A stretch of DNA of 64,000 nt from Octopus sinensis (Eukaryota). The notes beneath the pieces are model-generated. The model was not told the origin of the DNA, did not search any database, and worked only from the letters and a program-made list of their open reading frames with translations. This document shows, one piece after another, positions 27,891 to 38,840 of this stretch (positions within the stretch are counted from its first letter, which is position 1; each line of letters starts with the position of its first letter). The DNA lies in contig NC_043005.1 of the NCBI RefSeq assembly GCF_006345805.1, positions 74,958,001 to 75,022,000 of the forward strand. Reading direction: 5' to 3'. The position numbers and the translations under genes are program-made.

Positions 27891-28979
27891 CTTTTACTCT
27901 TTTACTTGTTTCAGTCATTTGACTGTGGCCATGCTGGAGCACCGTCTTTAGTCGAGCAAATCCACCCCAGGACTTATTCTTTGTAAGCCTAGTACTTATT
28001 CTATCGGTCCCTTTTGCCGAACTGCTAGCTTACAGGGATGTAAACACACCAGCATCGGTTGTCAAGCGATGTTGGGGGGACAAACACAGACACACAAACA
28101 TATACACGCACATACATATATATATATATACATACATATATATGATGGGCTTCTTTCAGTTTCCGTCTACCAAATCCACTCACAAGGCTTTGGTCGGCCC
28201 AAGGCTATAGAAGAAGACACTTGCCCAAGGTGCCATGCAGTGGGACTGAACCCGGAATCATGTGGTTGGTAAGCAAGCTACTTACCACACAGCTACTCCT
28301 GCTTACAAAATAAATATAAGATAAAAAAAATTGTCAACTTTTATTATATTCATTATATAGATTGTTTCCGGTATAGATAAATATTATTAAGAAATATTAC
28401 TGGTCCCTGGCACACTGGAAAAAAAAATGCCTGTATGCCACATCAGATAGTTTGAGAAGCACTGTTTTAGATTACAGTAAGCTTTTGGCTATCGCAAGTG
28501 TTACGTTCCAAGACCTCCGATAGAAATAATTGAAATCTAAAAGTATATATATACCTATCAGCTGCAGAAACCCGGATATACTGAGGAGTCTGTGATATAA
28601 ATTTACATATGCTGAGACCCCCTTCAGTCATGACTGACCATGGGATTGCACCTAGAAATTTACCCTCCTAGGTACAAGTCCGGGCAAGTTGTTTATGGAA
28701 GACCAGCAGTCGCCCATGCATACCGGCTTCCCGTCTCCATGCCACCAGTGTTATCCAAGGGAAAGGCAACAGCTGGTACAGTTTGGCACTGTGACGTTGC
28801 AAGTCATTTGTACAGCTGAGTGAACTGGAGCAACGTGAAATAAAGTGTCTTGCTCAAGAACACAACACGCAGCCCGGTCCGGGTATTGAACTCACAACCT
28901 CATGATCATAAGCTCGATGCTCTAACCATTGAGCCATGTGCCTTCACAATTAACATATATTAGCCAGAAAAATCCTTGA

Positions 28980-29128
28980 TGTACTAAGTGCGCGATAGGT
29001 GAACTGTGAAGTACTGAGTGTGTGATAGGTGAACTGTGAAGCACCGAGTGCGCGATAGGTGAACTGTGAAGTACTGAGTGCGCGATAGGTGAATCACGAT
29101 GTACTGAATGCACAATAGGTGAACTGTA
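28980..29128. repeat. 30-bp minisatellite, about 5 copies
   Basis: Unit gtactgagtgcgcgataggtgaactgtgaa. Confidence 0.9.
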
Positions 29129-29263
29129 GTATGGTGAGGGATTACTGAACAACGAAACTTCCATGAACTTTTTTCCTATTATTTTGAAATTTACTGTTTT
29201 GCTGTCTGAAAAATAGTTGAAAATCATCTTTTGTTAACATGTCTTTTTTAATTTCTTTTCCGG

Positions 29264-29584
29264 CTGAAAATGATGATCAAAACAAAAATAAATCAGAATC
29301 AAATGATGTGGAGGGAACCTCAAATTCTGTTGAAGAATCCACTGAAAGCCCACAGTTAGAAGCCATGAAAGTGAGCTCAGATGATACTCAACCAAAACCA
29401 GATGAAAGCTCCCCAAAAGCTTGTAGCAGATTAGCTAAACATCCTCTGTGCATGTCTTTTTTCTCTGGAATATTTACCCTTTACAATGGCTGGAGCATAT
29501 ATCTAAAATATGATGTGGCCCCTGCTGGATTTGGACTTGCTCTCGTATATATGACAGCCCTTGGTTTTGACAATATCACTGTTG
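29264..29584 (+). CDS. SLC40A1: Ferroportin coding exon 6 (central loop to AGFGLALVYMTALGFDNITVG); 5' boundary uncertain (29264 non-canonical or 29297 canonical)
   Basis: open frame 29239-29655 contains YMT.LGFD motif; G|GTAAGA donor at 29585; pyrimidine tract ends in ccGG at 29262-29263; next in-frame AG at 29295-29296. Confidence 0.88.
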
Positions 29585-31500
29585 GTAAGAATCTTTACTT
29601 AAAACTTGATGTTTATTTATTCATTACACTGACATATAACCACGTACATTTATAAATCGCAACTGTGTATAACTGCATATATTTATAAGCAGGGCTGATT
29701 GAATTTGTTTCTCTAAATGACTTATTTTTTTTTTAATCAACCTCAGAATAAAGCAAAATTAATCCATTAGTTTTTGAAATCAGGATGTAGAAATGTGAAA
29801 GCAAACATTGTTGTGATGCTGTTTCTACTATTTTATTATCTGGAATTTAAAATTATCTAAAAAATAAAAAAAAAATGCTAAATTTATTTTAAAACATCTA
29901 AATTAAAACAATACAAAATTTCCAGTTTTAGTTTTAATCCAAACCTGAAAATGTTTAAACATTATTTTTGATTAGGCACAAGACCAGTTTCTTACTAAAT
30001 GCAGAATAGTTGAATCAACCACAGTATATTACTGGTATGTAGATTAAAAGCACCATCCGAACGTTGCCGATGCCAGCACTGCCTTGACTGACTTCTGTGC
30101 CGGTGGCATATAAAAAGCACCAACCGATTGTGGCTATTTGCCAGCCCCCTCTGGCCCCGGTGCCAGTGGCATGTAAATGGCATGTAAAAAGCACCCACTA
30201 CACTCATGGAGTGGTTGGCGTTAGGAAGGACATCCAGCTGTAGAAACACTGCCAGATCAGACTGGAGCCTGGTGCAGCTGCCTGGCTTCCCAGACCCTGG
30301 ACGAACCGTCCAACTCGTGCTAGCACGGAAAATGGATGTTAAACGATGATGATAATGAAAGACATAATCAATACTGACAGTATTTTTGAATCAGCATCTT
30401 CATCAGAATCATTTTACACTGCTTTTCCACTCTTATGTGAGTTGGATGGTTCTTCTGAGGTCATGTTTTCCAGCCAAATGCTCTTGTTGCCCACCTTTTT
30501 GGTCATTTCTTATGTCATGCATAAAAAGGTGGTATATCTGTTCTAGAACCTGGATGTACAATCTTATTTTTAACCCTCAATGTAGAATGACAAAAACAAC
30601 AATTTCAGGAGAGGGGGTTAGTTGATTACATCGACCCCCCCCCCCCAGTGTTCAACTGGTACTTATTTTATTGACTCCAAAAGGCAAAGTCAACCTAGGC
30701 AGAATTTTTGCTTAGAACATAAAGATGGACAAAATACCTATCTCTTTACTACCCACAAGGGGCTAAACACAGAGGGGATAAACAAGGACAGACAAACGGA
30801 TTAAGTCGATTACATCGACCCCAGTGCGTATCTGGTACTTAATTTATCAATACCGAAAGGATGAAAGGCAAAGTCGACCTCGGCGGAATTTGAACTCAAA
30901 ACGTAACAGCAGACGAAATACGACTATGCATTTCGCCTGGCGTGCTAACGTTTCTGCCAGCTCACTGCCTTCAAAAAAGTCTACTAATATAATACAGTCA
31001 TTTAAGGTAGTGAGTTAGCAGAATTGTTAGTACACTAGACAAAATACCGAGTGGCAAATTCCACTGAAATCAACTTTGGTTTTCATCCTGTTGGGGTTGG
31101 TAAAATAAGTACAAGTGCATTGAAATTCAATATTATATTGAAACTAATTTAATATAGTTATAGGTGCAGGAGTGGGTGTGTGGTAAGTAGCTTGCTTTCT
31201 AACCACATGGTTCCAGGTTCAGCCCCCCTCTGTGGCACCCTGGGCAAGTGCCTTCTACTATAGCCTTGGGCCAACCAAAGCTTTGTGAGTGGATTTGGTA
31301 GACTGAAACTGAAAGAAGCCTGTCGTGTGTGTGTGTGTGAGTGTGTATATGTTTATGACTGTGTTTGTCCCCGGGTGTGTTTACAACCCCGTAACTTAGC
31401 GGTTTGGCAAAAGGGACCGATAGAATATATACTAGGCTTACAAAAAATAATGCAGTTCTATATTTAACCCCAAGATTCCAAGTTCGATTCCAGGCAGTGA

Positions 31501-31550
<50 letters not shown>

Positions 31551-32095
31551 TCGAAAAAAATAAAATACCTTAGGAACGAGAACCCAGGTTCGAAATTTTC
31601 CCAAAACACCTGATGAAGGCTGAAGGGTATATCAGCCGAAACATTGTGTTAACTAACAAGGTAAGGACAATTATCTGTCAAATGTAAATAATGTAAATAA
31701 TTTACAAAGAATAAGTCCTGAGGTTGATTTGTTTGACTAAAGGCAGTACTCCAGCATGGTCACAGTCAAATGACTGAAACAAATAAAAGAATAGTGTAAT
31801 TAATATAATATATTAATATAGTTGTATTTCGGGATGGTCACACATGAAAACAAAAAGTGTCACTGAAGAGGTCACAGATGTGTGAGAAAAGATTTCCAGA
31901 CAATGGACATGAGTTAAAATTGTAAAATAAGAACAGTACTAAATGAGTGAAGAAAAATATATATATAGGTGTAGGAGTGGCTGTGTGGTAAGTAGCTTAC
32001 TTACCAACCACATAGTTCCGGGTTCAGTCCCACTGCGTGACACCTTCGACAAGTGTCTTCTACTATAGCCTCGGGCTATAGTAGAAGACACTTCG

Positions 32096-32136
<41 letters not shown>

Positions 32137-32497
32137 GTGTATATGTTTGTGTGTCTGTGTTTGTCCCCCCTGACATCTCTTGACAACCGATGCTGGTGTG
32201 TTTACATCCCCATAACTTAGCAGTTCAGCAAAAGAGACCGATAGAATAAGTACAAGGCTTACAAAGTATAAGTCTTGGGGTCGATTTGCTCGACTAAAGG
32301 CGATGCTCCAGCATGGCCACAGTCAAATGACTGAAACACGTAAAAGAGTAAGTGTGTGTGTGTTTATTCGGCAAAAAAATAAAAAATTACTGTCCCGAAA
32401 TACAACATCCGTTTCAACATACAGTTTCATAGAAATCTTTCAAAACGAATTAATATGGTGTTTCCATTTAATTGTTTATTTCTATAATTCATTTCAG

Positions 32498-32917
32498 GTT
32501 TCGCCTATTCACAAGGTATAACGGAATCAATTCTTGGAATTCTTATGGCTTGTGGAGCTATAATTGGTATCATGTCAACATTTGTTTACCCAAGAATCAG
32601 AAACAAAATTGGTTTGTCGAGAACTGGTCTCATAAGTTTTTCACTGGAAATTTTTTGCTTGACACTTTGTTTAATGTCAATTATCGCTCCAGGAAACCCT
32701 TATAAATTTATGACATACCCTCATTTAATAGAAAAATCCACTGTATCACAAAATAATGCTTCGATGGCCATCTATAATGTCACCAGCACCACCAGCAGCG
32801 AATTTTCAGCTCAGTCAAATATAACATCAACAACTGTTGCCCCTGAAAATGTTAAAAAGCTATCATCGTACATTTCCATTGCTTTATTAATGGGTGGAAT
32901 CATCACTGCTCGATTTG
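32498..32917 (+). CDS. SLC40A1: Ferroportin coding exon 7 (GFAYSQGITESILGILM...GLSRTGLIS...PGNP...LLMGGIITARF)
   Basis: tttcAG/GTAAGT boundaries; 420 nt, phase 1-1; matches human AYTQG, GLVRTGLIS, PGSP, AARIG. Confidence 0.96.
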
Positions 32918-34169
32918 GTAAGTTGATTACATTAGTCTTTGTCATAGTTTTTCATCTAGATTCACACTAGTGATGGATCTAAATATTTATAGATTATATA
33001 GGCACAAATGTGGCTATGTGGTAAGAAGCCTCATTCCCAACTTCATGGTTCCAGGTTCAATCCTTCTCTGTGGCACCTTGGACAAGTGTCTTCTACTACA
33101 GCCTTGGACTGACCAAAACCTCCTGAGTGGGTTTGGTAGAAGGAAACTGAAAGAAACTTGCCACATGTGTGTGCGTGTGTGTGTCTGTGTATGTGATACA
33201 CACACACCATGTATATATTCCTGGATATGAATATGCTTTCCTTTATTTTATTTGTTTCAGTCATTTGACTGTGGCTATGCTGGAGCACCACCTTTAGTCA
33301 AACAAATCAACCCCAGGACTTATTCTTTGTAAACCTAGTACTTATTCTATCAGTTTCTTTTGCTGAACTGCTAAGTTATGGGGACATAAACACACCTACA
33401 TTGGTTGTCAAGTGATGGTGGTGGAACAAACACAGACACAGAAACAGTTACATATACATATATACGACGGGCTTCTTTCAGTTTCCATCTACCAAATCCA
33501 CTCACAAGGCTTTGGTTGGCTTGAGGCTATAGAAGAAGACACTTGCTCAAGGTGCCATGCAGGGGGACTGAACCTGGAGCCATGTGGTTGGTAAGCAAGC
33601 TACTTACCACACATCCACTCTTGTGCCTATGTATAAATTCATATATATATATATATATATCATCATCATCACCATCGTTTAACATCCGCCTTCCATACTG
33701 GCATGGGTAGAACGGTTTGACTAAGGACTGGCGAGCCAGATGGCTGCACCAGGCTCCAATCTGATCTGGCAGAGCTTCTACAGCTGGATGCCCTTCCTAA
33801 TGCCAACCACTCTTAGAGTGTAGTGGGTGCTTTTACGTTCCACTGGCATGGGGGCCAGTTATGCGGTACTGGCTATGGCCATGCTCAAATGCTGTTTTTT
33901 AAGTGCCACCTACACAGGAACCAGTTCAGTGGCACTGGCTCCTCACTTGAATGTTGTTCATATGCCACCGGCACAAGTGCCAGTAAGAGATGCATTCAGT
34001 AACAGTTCTTTAAAGTAAAGACTATTTGCCAACATAATGTGGCAGTCCTGGAAGGGACGATTGTTACTGTTGTTTAGCCTCAGGAAATATCATTTCCAGC
34101 TGGCTATACCATGCAATATTTGTGTCCTTATATTTTGTTTTTTAATATTTATTATCTTTATCTTTCCAG

Positions 34170-34453
34170 GTTTATGGTCTGCAGATTTGACAGTAACTCA
34201 GCTTTTTATGGAAAATGTAGATGAATCTGAACGTGGTGTTGTGAACGGTGTTCAAAATTCTTTGAATATGCTTATGGATATGTTAAAATTTTTATTGGTT
34301 ATTTTGATATCAGAAACGTCTGACTTCTACATTTTAATCATTATCTCTTATATGTTCATTTGCTTTGGCGGTATGAGCTTTGCAAGATACTCTTACCGTG
34401 CTCGTGGGCATTTATTTCATTTTGACAAAGTATGTGCATGCTCTAAACAGTAA
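34170..34453 (+). CDS. SLC40A1: Ferroportin coding exon 8 with stop (GLWSADLTVTQLFMENVDESERGVVNGVQNSLN...GHLFHFDKVCACSKQ*)
   Basis: ctttccAG acceptor; GLW..DLTVTQL...E.ERG..NGVQNS signature; TAA 34451-34453. Confidence 0.95.
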
Positions 34454-34512
34454 TAGCAGCAAAAGTTATTTATTATTAATATCACTATCATTATTATTAT
34501 TATCATTATTAA

Positions 34513-35628
34513 CCCTTTCGTTACCAAACCGCCCAAAGCTGCCCGAAAAATATTTTGGTTAATGTGACCAAACCGCCCAAAGCCGCCCGAATTTACCTAT
34601 TCATATTTAAATGAGAATATCAGAGCAAATCTCTTTAGTACATTCGTGAAAACATGTGATTATACTTCGTAAACAGTTAATCTACAGTTTTGTACAACGA
34701 TCGACGTGTAATTTTAATTCCCTGAATTTTTGGAGATTTTTTTCCACATGTTTTCGGCATCGATTTTTCTTCAACTTTGAAAATAGATAGGAGTTTCATG
34801 TTATCAAGCATTGATTCCGAATTGGAAAATTTGTGAAACAAATACTGGGTACTGTTGTGGATTCAGTTTTTATACAGGGAAACTAATGTTAGTCAGCATG
34901 GCTTAGGGTATGATGTGGTCTGGAAGTTATTGTTTGAAGCGATCAATGTGGAAACAAACTTAAACAGAATGTAAATAAACGCAAAATGGGGGTTCAAATT
35001 TTGGAAAATTTGTGAAGCAAATACTGGGTACTGCGTGGATTTAGTTTTTATACAGGGAAAATAATGTTAGTCAGCATGGCCTAGGGAACGATGTAGTCTG
35101 AAATTTATCACTTCCATACCATAACCAGGGCCGTATATTATTTTTTGACCGATTTCTTTAGTTCGGTCAAACTTAAGGTGGATTCAAGTATTTCACTTTA
35201 TTCCACCTTTATGGTACACCTGTTGTGCATTAAATTCAACTGATGATATAGTGATGTGCACAATTCTTCTTTATCACAATTTTGTTGCATACCCATTTGA
35301 ATATTAGCTGATGATTCATTTTCTATGGTGATGTTTAAGCAAAATTTTAATATTTTTACCTTTTGCTCAATTTAAAATTTTAATATTTTTACCTTTTGCT
35401 CAATTTACCTGGAGTTACCTGTAATTAAAGTCACTTTGAGACTAAAGTTATGCAATAGAATTGATTAAGAACCCTTTCTTTAATTATGTTCCAAATATCA
35501 CATTAATATGTTGATAAGTAAAAAAGTTACAGTTATTTAATGAAACAAGCCTAGATTCATGATCATTTTAGAATTTAATTGAAACTCGTGAGGGGTGTAT
35601 TTTGGTCAGAAATATAGTAACGAAAGGG
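34513..35628. mobile_element. piggyBac-like non-autonomous element (1116 bp), TTAA TSD
   Basis: TTAA|CCCTTTCGTTAC...GTAACGAAAGGG|TTAA; internal direct repeats about 34830-34935 and 35002-35103. Confidence 0.88.
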
Positions 35629-35825
35629 TTAAGGTGGCAAGCTGGCAGAATCATAAGCATTCTGGTTCAAATTCCGCTGAGGTCGACTTTGCCTTTCATC
35701 CTTTTAGGGCTGATAAAATAAATACCAGTTGATCACTGGGATTGATGAAGTTGGCTTACTCCTTCCCACCAAACTGCCGGCTTTGTGCCAAAATTTGAAA
35801 CTATTATTATTATTATTATTATTAT

Positions 35826-36379
35826 TGAGTGAGAGAGCAGTTCATGCCATCAAAGTGACACTGGGGTAAAATATACGAAGCCCAATATACCCATCATGAC
35901 TACCCGTCTGATAAAGGTACACCAGGCACATGCATCACAACCATATGTGCACGACATGGTGATCTCATATCAAGATAAACAGCACATGACCTTGCAGGTG
36001 GGGCCCAGTTAGAATTTTCTTCAGGTTGAGTAGCCCATCCTGCTCAAAAGGTCCCTGAATAAGGGTTGCTTTAGGATGTTGAACGAAACACCTATGTTTC
36101 CAGAGGTGAATTATTCAAACCCCAAAGAATCCCTCTCAACACATGGCCATGATGCTCCCCCACTACTTCTGCTCGTGATCAGAGATGCACATATCGTCAG
36201 CCACTAAGGGACATGCTCAACTGGTTAAGGCCAAACAACTGACAAGCAAATCTGTGGTATTGAGCAGAATATTTGCTGTAGCCCATCTTTTATACCAAGA
36301 CAAAACAATGTACATGATAACACTTCCAATCAGTTAAGATCAGAAGCCATGAGAGCCACTGCCTGGTACTGCATCAGGG

Positions 36380-36380
<1 letters not shown>
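35826..36380 (-). mobile_element. About 550-bp interspersed repeat; second copy 12583-13360(+) interrupted by a SINE-A
   Basis: The two copies are reverse complements; (AAT/GAT)n tails. Confidence 0.75.
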
Positions 36381-36418
<38 letters not shown>

Positions 36419-38594
36419 GGCAGTGAACTGGCAGAATCGTTAGCTTACTAGGCAAATTGCTTTGAGATATTTCATGCCTATATGTTCTGAGTTCAAATTC
36501 CACCGAGGTTGGCTTTGCCTTTCATCCTTTTGAGGTTGATAAAATAAGTACCAATTGAATACTGGGGTCAATGTAGTCGACTTCTCTCCCCCCCCCCCCG
36601 AAATTTCAAGCCATGTGCCTGCCTATCGAGGTGGGAAGTGAATTTTATCTTGTTATGTGAGTTATTAATTAATATTGATATCTCATCTGCGTATTTTTGT
36701 TTCAAACCCTGATTAAAACTGTAGCCATAATCACTGTTTTGGAGAAATTAGCATCAAAGAAATATTGCACAATGATTTATTAGAAGCTGTGTAATATTTG
36801 TGAGACATAAACTGGTGCAGTGCAGGGACTAAAACAAATTGTGGTGAATATAAGGTAAACTTTAAGTATTATTTTAATGGAGGAACTTAGCGGAGATAAA
36901 ACTATAAGTAATTATTTCTACAACAACAACAACAACATCACCACCACCGCCACCACCATTGTTTAGCGTCCGCTTTCCATGCTAGCATGGGTTGGACGAT
37001 TTGACTGAGGATTGGCGAACCAGATGGCTGCACTAGGCTCCAATCTTGATCTGGCAGAGTTTCTACAGCTGGCTGCCCTTCCTAACGCCAACCACTCTGA
37101 GAATGTAGTGGGTGCTTTTACATGCCACCGGCATAAGTGCCAGTCAGGTGGTACTGGCAATGGCCATGACCATTTCTATAATATATACAAAGTTTTATAT
37201 CCTTGTATGTTGGATATATAATGTAATATAATGAAGCAGGAGGGAAAGAGAGTATTTCCTTGACACAATACGATTACTATTACATGAGACTCAACGCTTT
37301 ATATCAATGGCTCACAGTGAACTACCAGTTAACCTGAACTGCCAATCGCTCACAGTTCTTTGATTTATAACAATGAGTCAATCCACCTTTAGTCACTTGA
37401 GTAGGAAGTTGGAATCCTTCCACAACACAAGGTCTGAAATTTGGTGGGAGGGACCTAGTCAGTTACATTGACCCAAGTGCTGTAACGGGTACATATTTTA
37501 TCACCCATCACCACCACCACCAAAAAAAAAAAATGGGAGAAAGTTAGCTCCAGCAGAATTTGAACTCGGAACTTAAAGAGACAGATGAAATGCTCTTAAA
37601 CGTTTTATGTTTTTCCAGTGTGCTAACAAATCCCTCAGCTTTCCACACCGATAAAGTTATAAATAATAGCACATACATATTGGGTTAACCCCTACCTGCC
37701 AACTATTTTCCATCCAAGTGTTTTTTTAAATCAATTTTCTACATGCTAATTAATGTGGCAAACTGGCAGATTTCTTACCATGCCAAGCAAAATTTTTGTG
37801 GCATTTTGTCGATCTCTAAGTTCTGTGTTCAAATTCCACTGAGGTCGATTTTGCCTTTCATCCTTTTAGGGTCAATAAAATAAGTACCAGTTGAGCAATG
37901 GGGTCAATGTAATCAACTTATCCCCTCCCCTAAAATTGCTGGCCTTGTGCCAAAATTTGAAACCAATATTCTACATGCTATTATTTATAGCTCTATCCAC
38001 CATTAAAATGATTTATTTCATATTTCAAAGATTTTTTTAAAAAAGATTTAAAAAATTTTTGTATAGTAAATCTTTTTTTTTTTTTATAAAATAATGGCTA
38101 TTGTATCAATGCCATATAAATGTAAATAAGTTGATAAACAGAGTGATAATAGGTTGTAAATAGATTGACAAAAATTTTGTAAAAGATGGGAAATACTAAA
38201 ATATGTGTAGTGGTCTTCTCACTCTCTTTCCTCAGTTCAAAACTTTCCAAGCTCAACTTTGGCAGTTATGACTCTGGGTTCAATAATGCCATAAAGTCAT
38301 TTGATTCTCTCATTCATATTCATTACAGACAAACTGTAGTCTTGTTTAAGTTTAAGGAGTCATTGTTTAACATACTCATTTTCTTATATCATCTATCCAT
38401 CCATCTATTAGAAACCACAGTGCCTTGCTGCAGGGATTCAATTCTCTGCAGATTTATTCTACCCCAATTTTTGTTCAATGATCTCTTGAAATTGTTTGAC
38501 TTAATGTCCTAATACATCAGAAAAAAAATAGTACAATTCATAATTTCTTAGTTTCCGGTCCAAATAATAATTGTGTTGTATATTGTCATAAGTG

Positions 38595-38840
38595 GAGGCA
38601 CGTGATTTAGTGGTTAGGGTGTCAGCACCATGATTGTATGATTGTGGTTTTGATTCCTGGACTGGGCGACGAGTTGTATATTTGAGCAAAACACTTCATT
38701 TCACATTGCTCCTGTCCACTCAGCTGGCAAACATGAGTAATGCTGCGATGGACTGGCGTCCCATCCAGCTGGGAAACACATACGCCATAGAAACCGGGAA
38801 ACTGGGCCCATGAGCCTGGCTAGGCTTTAAAAGGGCGAAT
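38595..38840 (+). mobile_element. tRNA-derived SINE with a V-domain-like core
   Basis: A/B boxes then gctgcgatggactggcgtcccatccag, resembling the V-SINE central domain (recalled); another tRNA-headed SINE at 28590-28945(-). Confidence 0.6.

Noticed and set aside
19975-29128. CRISPR-like appearance of the 34-, 21- and 30-bp arrays
   Set aside because: Units are directly contiguous with no unique spacers; eukaryotic context and no cas genes
38186-38512. 108-aa ORF downstream of ferroportin
   Set aside because: No recognisable motif or splice context on either strand
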